A DNA stretch of 64,000 nucleotides from the human T2T-CHM13v2.0 reference genome, Homo sapiens. Location: assembly GCF_009914755.1 (NCBI RefSeq), contig NC_060934.1, one strand, 5' to 3'. This document shows, in pieces, positions 25,422-39,517 of this stretch (its first letter is position 1; each line of letters starts with the position of its first letter). Below the pieces are notes generated by a model that made no database searches, was not told the DNA's origin, and worked only from the letters and a program-made list of their open reading frames with translations. Both the position numbers and the translations under genes were made by a program.

Positions 25422-27087
25422 TCTTAGATAATACACCTCACTGCTATGCCGCCGCAATATCATAGAAAAAAAAATGAGGATTCTTTGGAATTTCTCTAAG
25501 TCAGAAACATAGGCGTGGGGAAGACTCGTGTTAGTGGAGTGTGAGACGTGCATTATACACGGTCTTGTAGGGCTTTCAAGAAGTTGGAAGGTCTTTGTAG
25601 TACTGCACAGACCTTCCTTTTGCTTAAGGCTGAACTCCTGCAAAAGAAAAGCTTGTTTGTTTTAAGACATTCAAAGTTCACCTTTATTCCTTAAATGTCA
25701 GACAGGTCACCACAATTGCATGATACAGGATCCAATATTATTATGAACACTTCTATTCTGTTCTCTCAGTATCTCTTATCTCAGGAAGACCTCAGGACTA
25801 ACACCTCTTGATTCCAAATTCAAATTTCTTATTAATAGTAACACCTTCATGGTCTAGGAAAGTGCCTCTTTGCTTACTTTCCTTCTTTCCTCACTCCTTT
25901 CCTTCCTCCCTCCGTCTTCACTTTCTTTCTTTCCACCAAGCACTTTTTAAAAACTGATAGGATATGTATCTCAATATATTAAAGAATAGTGAAAGTGTCC
26001 AAAGACCACCCTGATGACCTCCCCACAAATGATCTTCCACGGTGGTCCCCAAAGTGTCTTTGACATGTAGGGTTCTACGGCACTCACTTCGAAAACACCA
26101 ATGTAGGAGAAGCAATACCTCAGAGGAAAAGAATATATAAAAAATATACACACCCCCAGATTGAGAAATCTCAAGAATGTTAAAAATGACTGAAACACAT
26201 CAGATTCTGCTTAGTCAGGTAAATGGAGAATGGATAAGAGAGTCTATTGATATTCAAACACACAATAAACCTGTGAAACTAGAATTTTCAATATTTTAGA
26301 ATTTAATTTACATAGCCTCTTGTTTTTGAAATTAATCAGGGCGGATTATTAGAAAGACAATGTTGTTCTGTGGGAAAAGCTTAGTACCAAAATGTTTGGT
26401 TTGGCTTGTGTTACCCATTGACCTATGGCTCTAGGAGAATCAACTACCTGTCTCAGTTTCCTTGTCTTCAAAGTGGGGCTAAGAGCCATGCCCACATCAG
26501 AGAACAGTTCAAAAAATTACATGACATGACATTGGTAAGGTACTGTGGCTGAGGGAGGATAGAGTAGAATAGATTTTGGCGAATACTCATTTTACCCACC
26601 CTGGAAGCCTACAAGAAAGGTAGTCGGTGAGTCTCTCCTTTTCTGAACTATGCATTAGAAATTAAGGTTCTAAGTTGTAATGGCTTTAAAATGCATAAAT
26701 TTTTCATTCAATATAAAGCATCAAACTAAAGGCAAAGAATAGAAAGTAAATGTATTTTGCCATGACGATAGCCCAAGTGTGAATCAAGCTCTTTTTTTTT
26801 TTTTTCCTCTGGTGGTAATTTTCAGCATTGTCACATACCTGGAGTTCCTCTTTAGTTGGTGGCAGTCAGCAGGGTTCTCTGAAAACAATTTATAAACAAA
26901 TTGTGGCTGTTCTGAAACTAGGGCAACCGATATCTTGAGTTTCATCTGTTTAGTGTTTTAGACCTGGTCCTGATGTTAGTGTTCCCATATTAAAGATTGG
27001 CTGTGGGCCTTCCGAATGCCAATGTATGCGGATGGATGGCCTAAGGTCCTTAACCACAAATGTTAATGCTAAGAATCATGATGATGA

Positions 27088-27091
27088 TGTG

Positions 27092-27137
<46 letters not shown>
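27088..27137. repeat. (GT)~25 microsatellite
   Basis: Directly visible, one GC interruption. Confidence 0.97.
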
Positions 27138-27138
<1 letters not shown>

Positions 27139-30100
27139 TGAGATACACTGAAACTGAAAACAGCAGGAAGGTCTAAACAAGATATGTTTACTTTTTTTTT
27201 TCCTTTAGAGATTGAGAAGTTTTGAAATGCAAATGAACGAGCTTAAGCACATATTACACGTAGAAATGGTGGAAATTCGCTTTCCTGGGTCTTGGAATAG
27301 TTCCTCCTTGGTAAGACGCACCTGATCTTTTTTTTAAAAAAATAAGGGTCAAGGAAGTTTAAAGCTATATAAATATGCTGTAAGTAAAATAGCTTCTCGG
27401 ATCGTAACTTTGATTTTAAATGGTTTCAGATGAAGCTGTTGAAAGATCACATTCTCTTTTATAAAAAATACAAAATTGAATGAATATTTCATTCAAGATG
27501 AGTAAATAGGATGCTTGAATTTTTTCTATTGAATTCTAATATTGTTTGCACTGTCAGTTAAATGTGTGGGGATGTTGCTAAGCAGTTTCTACACTTCCAG
27601 ATGCAATAGATGTTATATGTAAAACATTTTTTTCTTTTCTATATACCAAATACATCCAGTAATACCTGTTATTGTGTTATGCATGCCCTGACAAGTTGTT
27701 GAGGGTTAAAGATTACATTACTGTGGCAATTCTTATACAAGAAAATGTGTATTTTCTATTTTCACTTTTTTCTCAAATTTTAAATAATTTTTAACATATG
27801 AGTGTACAAAAAAAGGATTCTCTCAAGAATGATGTTCAACTGGCAACTTTCATTTGAATTTAGGAACAAGTCAATTATGATATTTCTGAATTGTGGCTCT
27901 ATCTTCATAAGTTAATTCTGTTACACTTTAAATTGATGAAAATAGCATACATAAAAAGATAAAAACTGAAAAGATTTTCTGATTTTTTCCAATGTAACAT
28001 CGCAAAGTATTGCAGTTGTTCCTCAGTGTGGTACCTGAGTTTTATTATATTAATCCACGCTAACAAAAATAAATAAATAAAGTGTGAATGGCACCATAAA
28101 CACGTAAGATTTAAATTCCTTTTAGTTTGCTTTAGCCATTTAACCATGAGGTCATCTAGGGGCTAAAGTCAGGAAATTCCTAGCTAAATGCCTGCACAAC
28201 ATGCCTTCATTTGATGCAATTTTGAAGCTATTTTGTCAACATTCACTGAGGATGAATTATATTGCTTTTAAAAAAAGTGTATCCTAACACTCACCTTCTC
28301 CATTTGTTATAATATTACCATGAATAATTTTACTTTTTTGTCTATTGTATTATAGACTCATATTCAAATTTCTGTTTACTTGAAAGGCAATTTTTCTGCA
28401 GTGAGATTCAGTGTAAGTTGAGATAGAATAACTTGGTTATCTCTTCTTTAGAGGTTGAAATCAGCCATTGTTATAATTTTTCCCATCATTAACAACATTC
28501 TTTCTGGGCTAAGCTTACAGAATAGGTTTGTTTTCCTAAAGCTGAAATTTGTAAATACTTTCTGTGTCTCAAATTAATTAACAGATTTACCGCCACAGAA
28601 AGTCTAACTTGTAAGCAACAATTTCCTTCATTTATATAATTTCTTTCATTCAACTGGATATAGAATTCTTTGCTTTCCTAATATTGACAGTAAATGTTTA
28701 AGTATCTTAAGTTCATGTTCTCAGTCTTTATAGAAGCTTTTTTTCTTGCATAATTATACAGGGGAAAAATCTAGCTTGGACATTAGCTTGATGTATTCAA
28801 AATGGAGTGTTGGCGTTGGGCAGGTCCGAAAACATCATTATGTTGTAACCCCAACACCAGACTCGACAGGAACTGTATATGGGTAAGTGGCTGGAAATAA
28901 GAAGGAAGGCAGGACCCAATTGGAGTCCAGGGACACAGGACATTTTTCAAGTTCAAACAAACAAAGCATCTCTGTTGGCTAGTTAAGTTCACCAGTCACC
29001 AGAGGAGAAAACAGACATGCCCAAGGAGACACTATTTCTTAGTGCCAACACTTATATATATCTTCCTGTTCACAATTAGTCTTTGAGAGGCAGAGTAAGA
29101 TATTGTAAATCTATTGTTGCACGTACTCACTGCGTATTTAGAAGTTCTTGGGGCACTGTGTAAGTGTAGGAGAAGATAGATGGAGTATCTAATTAATCTA
29201 AAGATAAAAATGAATGAGGTAGAATCCATTCAGTAGACTAATAAATAGTTCTTAAGATCTAGTAGGATTTCTCTTTTGGAGTGTGGAGACATAGTGTGGA
29301 GACATTTGCTAATGTAGCCATAAAGATAGACCTATTGTCCATTGCAATGAAAGCAACAAATACTATAACATAAAATATTTCCAAATTGGTTTGGGTGAAA
29401 ATAAGCTTGTTTCCCAATAAATGTCAGATGGCACTTGTTGTAAGAGGTAACTTTGAAGAAATTTAAATTAATATATTATTTCCAGCCAAAAACGTCATGC
29501 ATTTTTAGAAGTTCACAAAAGTCTGTAAAATATGCACACAAATGTCCATCAATTGTAATTTATTTCAATAAAGAAAGGTAGCTTATACCACTTGTGGCCA
29601 TCAGATTTCCTATAGACTATGCCTCAAGAAATTATCTAAATCTAAGGTGTTAGCAAAATAGTGCTTACATGTATTTTATAGTATGAAATTCACCTTCAAT
29701 ATACATATTCATATAAGTTGTTTAGCTGGGGCACTGCTTTACTGAAAAAAAAAATCTTCCACATTCTCTATTTAGAAAAAGTAAATATCTAAAGGGAATG
29801 TCTCAGCTGTTAAATTTCTACAGAGGTTAAAAAGAAAGAAAGAAAAAAAAAAGCAGCCTGTGATCACCTGGCAAGAAACTGCATGGAAAACTCACTTTGA
29901 TGAAAGTTTATGAACCCGAAACGCTGCCTTTCTTGCCTGTTTTTTCTTAAACACATCTCAGGGCATAAGAAAAGAGATGAGGTTTGTTGTAGTTGATCCA
30001 AGGCTCTGATACGTTATGAAACACTATCTTTAATCTGAACACATTCAAATTTGCATGTATAGTGTAAAACAGAGGAGACCATATTGTAGATTAAGAGCGT

Positions 30101-33100
30101 TCTTACATTTACATAGACCATGATGTGATTTCCAGAAAGTGCACTCCAAAACTTACATACGGAATGCACTACAGAAATGGCAAATTCAGCTTCTATCGCT
30201 TCTATAAGTCCATCCCTTATGTTGTCACATAATTGTATATTCTAAGATTGGCTCAAAATAAATCAACCTGTTTTGTTAAGGGAAGTGCTGTAGTATAAAG
30301 TTGGTTTACAGGGGCCTGTATCGATGGAGCAAGACTCAATCAGGTAAATGAAAGAGTCCCAGACTGAAGAAGGACCACTTCACAAAGAGAAAGGACCTCT
30401 TGGGGAAAAGTTCTGAAGTGAAAAAGTTGAAGTCAGCACAGCTATACAACTATTAGGATAAAAACATGACCCGCCAACTGCTACTGTCAATTAGTATTTT
30501 GCTTTCTCAGAGATCTCAACCTCATTCTATCCGGTGGATTTTGCTCAGTGATGTGACTAAGCTTGGGCAAACCTTCTTGTTACTCTTAAAGCTTTTGAAC
30601 CAAACTGTGTGTGCAAGATGCAGTGGCTTTACCTTTGAAATAGGACATACATTTACTGCATCCAGCATGGTGCCTGACTTACAGCAAGGGCTCAGTCTTC
30701 AACAGTCAATAATACTGATGGTAATATTTCAATATTGTCTTTTTTTAACAGTATGAATGGTGGAAAAGAGAGGCACAGAGAGAGCTTCTAGTGAACGTCA
30801 AACTTCTGGAAATGCTTTTTTGTCTTATATTCCACTTCGGCAAAATTTTTTAAAAAGTTTACCTTGTCCTATTCTTTTAAATTAACTTTTTCCTATAATG
30901 CAATAGTTGATGTTCACAGTTCTACAACTTCTTAATTTTACAAATTAGTACAGTCTCACAATTTCATCTCATACTCGTCCACAACATAATTTCATTTTAA
31001 TTTATTAACACCTTGAAATAAGTACAAGATGGTACTCAATATTCTAGCCTATCTATATTTTGCTCCTAATTCTCACATTGCTAATATAGTTAATAAATAT
31101 AATGTAACTAATAAACACATTTGCCATTTTCAACATATGTTTTAACCCTCAGTAAACTATACTTACGTGGAAGCAGATATGTCAGAAAAAAAAAAACACC
31201 CAAACCAAGACACAACATAAAACATATGATACAGTTATTTCAGTTACCAATGTTGACATACATCAGCAAAATTATTTATGCAGTTGTAATTTTCTGTTTC
31301 ACATCTGGAGTGTTTTGGTATTCTATGGCATTTCTAAATTAAACCACATTTTCAATGGTCTTGCTTCCAGTAGCCAAAATTCTTCAAAGGTTTTTTAAAA
31401 TTAAAAAAAATTAACATGTATTTTAAGAAAATAAAATCGTCTCATTTTATTATGGCTTGACCCAAATATATTTTCAGAGTCAAATCCAAGGCTGGTAAAA
31501 TAAATTTTTACTTATGAGAAATGGGAAGTTGGATCTTGCAAAATAACAAATGTATCATAAAAAGGAATGTGATTTAGTTTAACTTCAGAAGCTACAGGAT
31601 ATATATATACAGTACTTATCCTTCTTGTACCAAAGTTGCTAAGTAAATAAGCATATATTTTGACCCCCAATATCCGACAGTATGCATGTGTAAATAAATA
31701 TGTTTTCAAATCAGAGTATTTACAAAGTTGTTCCTCCTTTGCTAATCTGTCAGGAATCAAATTTAATGTTCTTCTTGATCCACTGGATAACATCCAAAGC
31801 AACAAAGCCATTGAAAAGAATTCCACTTCCTTTGTTGGTTGAGGTGATAGTGACCTCATCAACTCCAGCAGGGGAAACTGGAGAGCTCTAAAACCAGCTG
31901 TTTCCAGGAGGAAAAAAATAATAATTTTAAGACACTGCATAGTAATTTTTTTCCACTTATTTTACATTTGTACTTTTTGAAAATTAAAGTACAGATCTGA
32001 AAAGGGTTATGGAATTTAGTAGTCAGTAGCATGCCTATTTTAAAAGAAAGTATGTCACAGGAAAACACAATGGTTAATATTTATGAGTAAGAATTGCATT
32101 TGCCTTTCCCAGGTTTTATGTTGCAATAAAAAAGGTACAAACCACTGAAGGTAGATCTTCTTTTATCTATGAAATATGCTATGTCAGTCTTATCATACTC
32201 AGAACTTCTCATAATCCAAGTAAAAACAGACTGTATCTGTTCAAAGGAAGATAATTTGTGATTTTTGCATATACCCACTATATGCCAGACAGTAACATTA
32301 TATTTGATGAATGAAAAAGAAACAGAGAGAAACACACAACGAACAAACAGAAGAGACAGGAGAGGCTGCAGCAGCCACAAAGCATACCTCAGATATTTCC
32401 ATAGTGTAGAAATGTTCTTTCCGGACCCACCTTTCACAAAAATCACTTAGTAGAAATTCTTTTCAAAATATTAATTTAATACCTAATAGTAGAAAATAGC
32501 ATTACTTATTTGATTGTGGAATTTGCTTTATTTTTAAGATATAAGGAATAATGAGAATGAAATTCTGTCCTGCTGAATTCTTAGTTAATAAATTGAACGA
32601 TGATTTTCAATACTCCCACTGTGGAAGCTGTAATCAATGAAACTCGATTTCTGCACAACTTACGTCACATAAGGAGAGCTACTAAATAAAGTGGTAATAC
32701 TAAATTTCACCCCTCTACTCACAGTAAGTAAATGAAGAGTTGATTCCTACATCTTGAAAATGGAAAAAATGTTTCTAAACCTTCAGCTATGCTCAAAATG
32801 TCAATCATTCTGACCAACAGAAGCAGTCATCTTCCCAGGTAGTTGGACTTGAAAAATATCCCAGGCCCATTTATGCTTTGGCAATCACTATATGGCTGGA
32901 TTCCCACACTCTACCTAACTCTTCATTGAAGAGATTTCTGAAAACTTTTCTTTTGCTCAAGTGAATTTTTATTTCCAGGAGGATGTGCTTTATGCAATAA
33001 AGCAAACAGCTTAGAAGTGATAAAAGCCTTCCTCAATATTTAGCAGAGGCTCCTCAGAGACATCTGACAGTATTTAAAATTGAAGTTGAAGGTCAAAAAG

Positions 33101-34489
33101 TGGAGAATGGCAACTTCTGAATGATTCTGGAATGCTGCCTATAAAAAGTGATATTAATTTAATACTCAGATGGCCTTAAACATGGAAAACAGCAGTGTTC
33201 ATGCTTCTTGGGCAAAAAAGGAATTAATATTTCCATGTTCTCTGGGTGGCTTGATGAACTTTGCAACTTAGGGAAAGTCACTTCTGTTTATTTTTGTGTG
33301 TAGGCATCATTTACTGTGTATATGAAGCAGGGATAATAGCTCCTACTTGGAAATCACTTTAAAAACCCATGTATAAGTAGGAAGCAGCATTACATTAGTA
33401 TGATGTAGGTTTTGGCAAATGTACTGTAAGCTATTGTAAATAAGTGATCCTATGAAGGTACACACATAAATCTGCTTCCATAGGAAACTTCTATATACAT
33501 TTATTAAAATGCTGTCCCCTGTAATATTAAATTTCATGTTGGGCAGCTTCTCTAACTTTGTTCAATCTGTTGACCTTTGCTGTAGAGAAAACCACTCTTA
33601 TTTATTTGCAGGTCTTGGCTATAAAAACATGACGGATGTAAAAATTAATTCTATGCACTGGATGCAGGGCAGTAATTACAATTTAGAAATCAAAAACAAG
33701 GAAACTAAAAAGATGTTAATATTTTAAGTTATGATTTTATTTTTCTAAATAGTTGTTTATGTTTGTTAGATTTATTCTATAATTTCTTTCTAAGAATCTT
33801 CATAATTAAACAAAAAACATATTGCTATATCGTTGCATATATTTAAAATAATTCTTCATATTTAAATGGTAAAAATATATTTTATATTAACTGTATTATG
33901 AATTCATGGTTTACATCATTTTTCATAAAATAGCCTTTAAAATATTATACGATATATATTTTACATATATTAATGTTTTGAGTACAGGTTTAAATTTCTC
34001 AAATGATATATGTCAAAGAGACTTAAACTGGGAGAATTATTTCTAGCTTACTTTACATTTATTTTTGCCTATCTTTCTCAGATTGAATTGCATCATTCTT
34101 ACAGCTTATTGGAGGTATTGAAGAAGATGTTTATATTCCTTGATTAAAAGTTATCGTCTTATTTTTCAAATGTATAATTAATCTGCCCTCTCAGGACATC
34201 AAAAAATTTTTTAAAGTTATGGTCTTGCAGTTCATGAAAAACATAAATTCAGATATTTATATCTTTAGGGATTTGATTTCTCTTTTCCCCCAATGAGGTC
34301 ATTACTTCAAAGGGAAAACATTTGTGAAGCTAGTGTCAGGTAAGATTTCTAATTTTTCTCAAAGCCAATGTTTCTCAATGGGCACTAATCATTGGTCTAT
34401 TCCGCTGTGGGAACACAGATTATTTTTCTTTTTCATTTTTAAATGAACTTTTCCCAAGCCAAATCCCATCCTTGAAAGCCAATAAAAGC

Positions 34490-34700
34490 TAAGATTTATT
34501 TATTGGATGCTTACTAAGTGGCAGGTACTGTGTTAAGTACCTCACATAAGCTCTCTTGCCAAATCCTTACACACAATCTATTAGGCTTTTACTATATTCA
34601 TTTTAGTGAGGAGGAAATGAAACCATTAAAAGTTTAAATAATTTGCCCAAGGTTATGCAGCCAATGCATAGAAAAATATTTTAACCTGTTTGTCTGAGTC
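34490..34700 (-). mobile_element. MIR SINE
   Basis: 'tttattggatgcttactaagtggcaggtactgtgttaag...gaggaaatga...taatttgcccaaggtt'. Confidence 0.78.
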
Positions 34701-35259
34701 TATAGTAAATGTTAAAGAAGAATTCCATATAGAATGACATTAGAGATGTCCCTTATGGCAATTCTATAAGGGATTAATGTAACTGCCCTAAGTAATCATA
34801 GAAAGGCTTTGAAAATAAATAATGTGATGTTTGTGGAATATCTAAAAGTAGAACAGTGGATATTCCTTAGTAAGGAAGAATAATTTGCAAATTAATCTTG
34901 CCAAGATAAACCCTTTATTTTAATTAAGATGAATTATTTTTCTTCCAGTTATTGGCTCCTAGAGATAAGTGATGACTATTTAAATTTCTGAAAATGTAGT
35001 TGAAATGAGTATGTTTTGCATTTCGTAGCAGAGACGTGAGGATAGTCAACTCCTGGGCTAGTAGCTTGCTAAGTCAATCCATGTCAATACATTCAAGCTG
35101 GCAAACAACTTTTGAATAGCATAAGTTGAACTCTGGTTCCTGAATTTGCTCATCTTTCTTATGGGTATTACATACCATTAAAAATAAATGGTAAAAAAAA
35201 AATAAGATCTGGTGAGGATCACATGACAAGATGATTCATTCTTTCTAGTCTCTCTGTTC

Positions 35260-35972
35260 CAGTTTGGTTGACCTTCAGTTCATCCTCCATATTGTTTCCA
35301 CCCAAAATTTCTAAGCAACTTTTATGTCTTAAGTTCTTTATTTATTTCTAATTGATCTATTGTAAAGTTTGCACTTGAATGAGTCCTTAATATTCTGGTT
35401 CCAGCCCTCCTTTCTAGCCAATCTCTTGTCATATCTCTACATACAGTCTAGTCCAGCCCTTTTGATCTGTTTATCCCTTTGAAAGCCAAGTTCTCTGAGC
35501 TGTCCCTTTGCCTGGAATAAACTTCTCTCTCACTGTGACTTTTGAAAGACCTAGTTCAAGAATCACCACCTTTTAGAAGTTGCTCAACAAAGTTAAGTGT
35601 CCTCTTCAGAGCATTTCTTTTAAGCTTTCTTAACATTTTGGGCACATTTTTATGTAAATGTATCACACAATATTATGATTATTGTTTTACTTCCATGTCT
35701 CCCTTAGAATATTCTGATATTCTTGAGGTCAGAGATTCTGTTCTGATATTAATTGAAAGGTGGTAAATATGCTCAATTCCCTGATTTTTCAAACAATATA
35801 TATATAACACTATATATAATAACTGTATCTATAAATCACTAAATATGTAACTCTATATATGTATCTCCAATGCCCACAAGAATAGACTCTATTGAATTTA
35901 ATGACCATTTCATTTTTTGCCTACCTTACATAATTTTACTATGTAGCAGTTGCTTAATAAATATTCAATGAC
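35260..35972 (+). mobile_element. L2 3' fragment
   Basis: 'tcccttagaatattctgatattcttgaggtcagaga' and end 'tgcttaataaatattcaatga' resemble the L2 3' terminus; interrupted by TA-rich sequence. Confidence 0.55.
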
Positions 35973-37103
35973 TGTAATTAATGTTTTCACAGAAATATGC
36001 AAAAAATGTAAAAACCAAATTAACCCCACAAAGGGATATATATTTAAGTCTCTAAATTATTTGTCTTTTGTTCCAATTAAAGTATTTTTTAAATTCACAA
36101 AATGGTTTGAACAGTATATCAGTATGGACGCCCATGGAATTCTAAATTACAACAAATAGAAAATATACATAACAGGAAAAATATTATCCAACCTGAGCTC
36201 TGCCTATAGTCACTTCCTCTCCTTTTACAGGAAGTCAGGCAAGTTTAAATCAAAGGAATGATCCACCCACTTACTAGGTGTTTACCCAATGTAAAACATT
36301 GCTTCAGAACCTGTTACAAATGACCTTCATATAAAATGAAGTGTTCCACATTATATTATGAAATTTAAGGACACTCTGCTCTTTCACTAGAGGCTATATT
36401 TTGGGGGATACTTAAAAAATTTTAGTGGTTAATGACTAATCTATTAATTCCCTCAGCATGACAGCAGAAAACAAGTTTTCAAGGGCTTCCTGAGTATAAA
36501 ATCTGGACCCAAATCTCTAGGTCTATAATTTCATCAGCAGGAAGTGGCTTTTTGCAGACCCTACTGCTGTGTGATAAAGCCACTGATTCTGTGGCTGTTG
36601 ATAAACTCCCTACATTAAAGTCTTCAACCTTCAACAATTTTCAATTCCAAGCAAAACCAAACAATTTTATTTTCTGTGTGCTTGTCATTTACCCAGAGTA
36701 ATATGCTGTCCTTTCCCACGGCCTATCAGGTTAGCTCAACTCACGATGGTGAGAAGAGTTTCCTGGTTCATTTTCCAGAACACTAGCTGCTTCATACTAA
36801 CTGGATTGGGACTCTTATTTCCCCAAACTAATAATGAAGCCACCTTTACATTTCATCCATGGTGGCAAGAAAAACTCTAACACATGGCTAACTTACAGTT
36901 GAATTTTCTCTCTAGTCTGTGGGTTTTCAGAATAAACTACCCTATAAAGCTCTTGTAGAACTTTGAGTACAAAAGAATGAAAAACAACAGAGAGAAATAC
37001 TCAACAATTTTCTTATTTAGCATTTTTGGTCAAAGTAGATGAAGAAGACAGATTGAAGGTCTGATTAAAAATGATCGATTGCTTTTGTGTTAGCTGCTGC
37101 TTT

Positions 37104-37160
37104 TGTGTGTGTGTGTTTGTGTGTGTGTGCACGCGCGTGTGCGTGCATGTGTGTGTGCAC
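37104..37160. repeat. Alternating purine-pyrimidine (GT/GC) tract
   Basis: tgtgtg...gcacgcgcgtgtgcgtgcatgtgtgtgtgcac. Confidence 0.9.
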
Positions 37161-39197
37161 AGAAGCTGTGAGCAAAATGTTTTTGCAAAAACAAGTGTTA
37201 AGTTAATCAATGGTTTTCAGTGCATTTCTGCAAACAGGCTCTGCTGGAAACCATGGCGTGTCCACAGCCAATCAAAATGGGCTTGTTGATTATCACAGGG
37301 GGTTGGGGGAAGGCAGATGCTAACATCAAGTGAGATAGGATTCAGTAAGAAGTTTTGAGATTGACCTCTGGAATCAAACTCAGCTGCCAGAAGCCCTCTA
37401 TAGAAAGCAAGTGTTAAATGCAATGATAAACTGAGGTCAGGGTGTCACTTCCAGATTCACCAGAAATCCTATACAATTATAAAGGAAGTAGGGGTGGGAA
37501 AGAGACTTGTGTAGATCTATTTCTGTTTACTATTAGGTATTTCTGCAGAATAAGGCAGTATAATACTTGAAGACAGGTTATGCTAGCAATTCATCTACAC
37601 TATTTCCTCAAGAGTGTTCATTTACCTTATTTGCTTAAAAGTGTCCTTTGAATGAAAAATTTGGCACAAATGAGCATTTCTCATGGGGAGATGGTGAGAA
37701 TGTCCCCTGGTGTTCATCCGAGTCTCAGTGTCATAGGCTCATAGACACACAGTGTCACATATAGGAAACCCTGCCCTGGATTATAAAATGAGTCTGGAGT
37801 GGGTACATGTATACATCCGACCACATAGCCATTTGCCTCTTCTTCCAAATTGCAGCCTTGTTTTGGAGCAGAGTATGTGGGAGAGGACATTTTGAGCCCA
37901 GTACTAGCATAGCATCTTAAGTTTCAAGGTGCATGCTTTAAATACCAGAGACTTCTCAGGTCCCAGTGTGACTTTAGACTGGAAAGAACTGATCAGCTGA
38001 GTCACTTGCTTTGAAAACCATAGGAGAAACGTGTGACTAGACTTTATGACAGTATTTATGTCAAAAATCCCCATCAGAGCTGGTTTGTTTCTTCTAGTGA
38101 AGCCTGAGGTGGGTGTGGTGAGACTAGCGGTCAGCTTGGTCAAGTCCTCAATAGTCACTGCTGTTTTTCTTTGCTGTCTAGTGACTAACTCAGCACTGCC
38201 CATGGCCCTTCACACACAGAGGGCACTTCGGTGATAGCCAAAGCAATGAGAAATCCAAGCTTTCTCACTGCTTCCAATCAAGAATTCTTTTTCTTTTTTC
38301 CTGTTCCATGACTGCTTTATACGGCTCAAACCTTGCCGAGGCTCCAATAAGAAGGCCAGGCAAAGATGGGTATGAAAAAGATAAAAAACAGCATTTTAAT
38401 AAATTGCACAGTGAAAAGTGACCTTAAATGATCAATGTTGGAGAACAAAAGCATAAAAATAAAACCGTATTTTAGTGCAATTGGTAAAACCAAACACACG
38501 TGGATGTTTTAATCTTAGGGAGCAATGTTAGATTCCAAAAAGTGAAATTATACTTGTGAAGCTCTACAGAGGAAAGTGATCTGCTGTCAAATGGTGTGGG
38601 TCCAAACGATCTTGTGTATATTCACTTTTACAATACTCTGAGAGTATTATAGGTGACACTGATAATGATAGCCGACCTATTCCAAAATTTTAAAACTTAA
38701 AGAGAGAAAATAATATGCATACTTCTAGGTCTTCACACAAAGTCTTTAAACAAACAAACGAACAAACAAACAAAAAATCCATCTCTTTCTGTTAATGTAG
38801 TTTATTGTCTATTTATTGATTTTTTCTTCTGTATTTTTCCCGAGTGTAGTAACAAAGGAATAATACAGAAGAAATATGAATAGTTATTATTTTACTACTT
38901 CAACACATGAACGCTTTTCTTGTGTTCACATTCCCTTCTAGTTCTTTGCCAATATGTAAAATTCATTGCAGTGCCGCTTATAAGTAACATCATAAACGTA
39001 CCATGGGATGTTTTACCATGATCTCTACTGAAATTTATCTTTGCAGAGCCAGCAAAAACCCCACAGCTTTTTTGGAACTCCTTCTCTGAAAAGGCATGTC
39101 TCCTCTACCTGAACTCCCTCAACTCCCCTACACTTTACTGAATGACCCTCTCTTTCACAAGTTTCCTTTTAATCACTTAATTTTGTTTTATTTCTTT

Positions 39198-39517
39198 TTG
39201 TTTTTCTTTTCTTTCTTTTCTTTTCTTTTCTTTTTTTGATGGAGTCTTGCTCTGTCACCCAGGCTGGAGTGCAGTGGTGTGATCTCGGCTCACTGCCACC
39301 TCTGCCTCCTGGGTTCAAGTGATTCTCCTGCCTCAGCCTCCTGAGTAGCTGGGACGACAGGCACCCGCCACCAAACCTGGCTACTTTTTTTTTTTTTTTA
39401 GTAGAGATGTGGTTTCCCTATATCTGCCAGGCTGGTCTCGAACTTCTGACCTTGTGATCTGCCTGCCTCGGCCTCCCAAAGTGCTGGGATTACAGGCATT
39501 AGCCTCTGTGTCCAGCC
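39198..39517 (-). mobile_element. AluS (Sg/Sc-like)
   Basis: Full dimer antisense, (TTTTC)n tail; TSD tgttttatttcttt at 39184-39197 / 39518-39531. Confidence 0.93.

Noticed and set aside
25233-25643. 136-aa minus ORF behind an acceptor-like 'ttttcttttgcag'
   Set aside because: Half lies in MER20, the donor is weak and the peptide is unrecognisable
29280-29305. 13-bp tandem duplication (agtgtggagacat x2); similar short repeats at 3102/3144 and a 9-bp hairpin at 27476-27496
   Set aside because: Short events expected by slippage or chance in AT-rich DNA
31512-31940. 142-aa minus ORF; another frame reads 'FNGFVALDVIQWIKKNI', faintly DEP-domain-like
   Set aside because: That frame is closed by stops on both sides and the donor is weak; the similarity is too short to trust without tBLASTn/PhyloCSF
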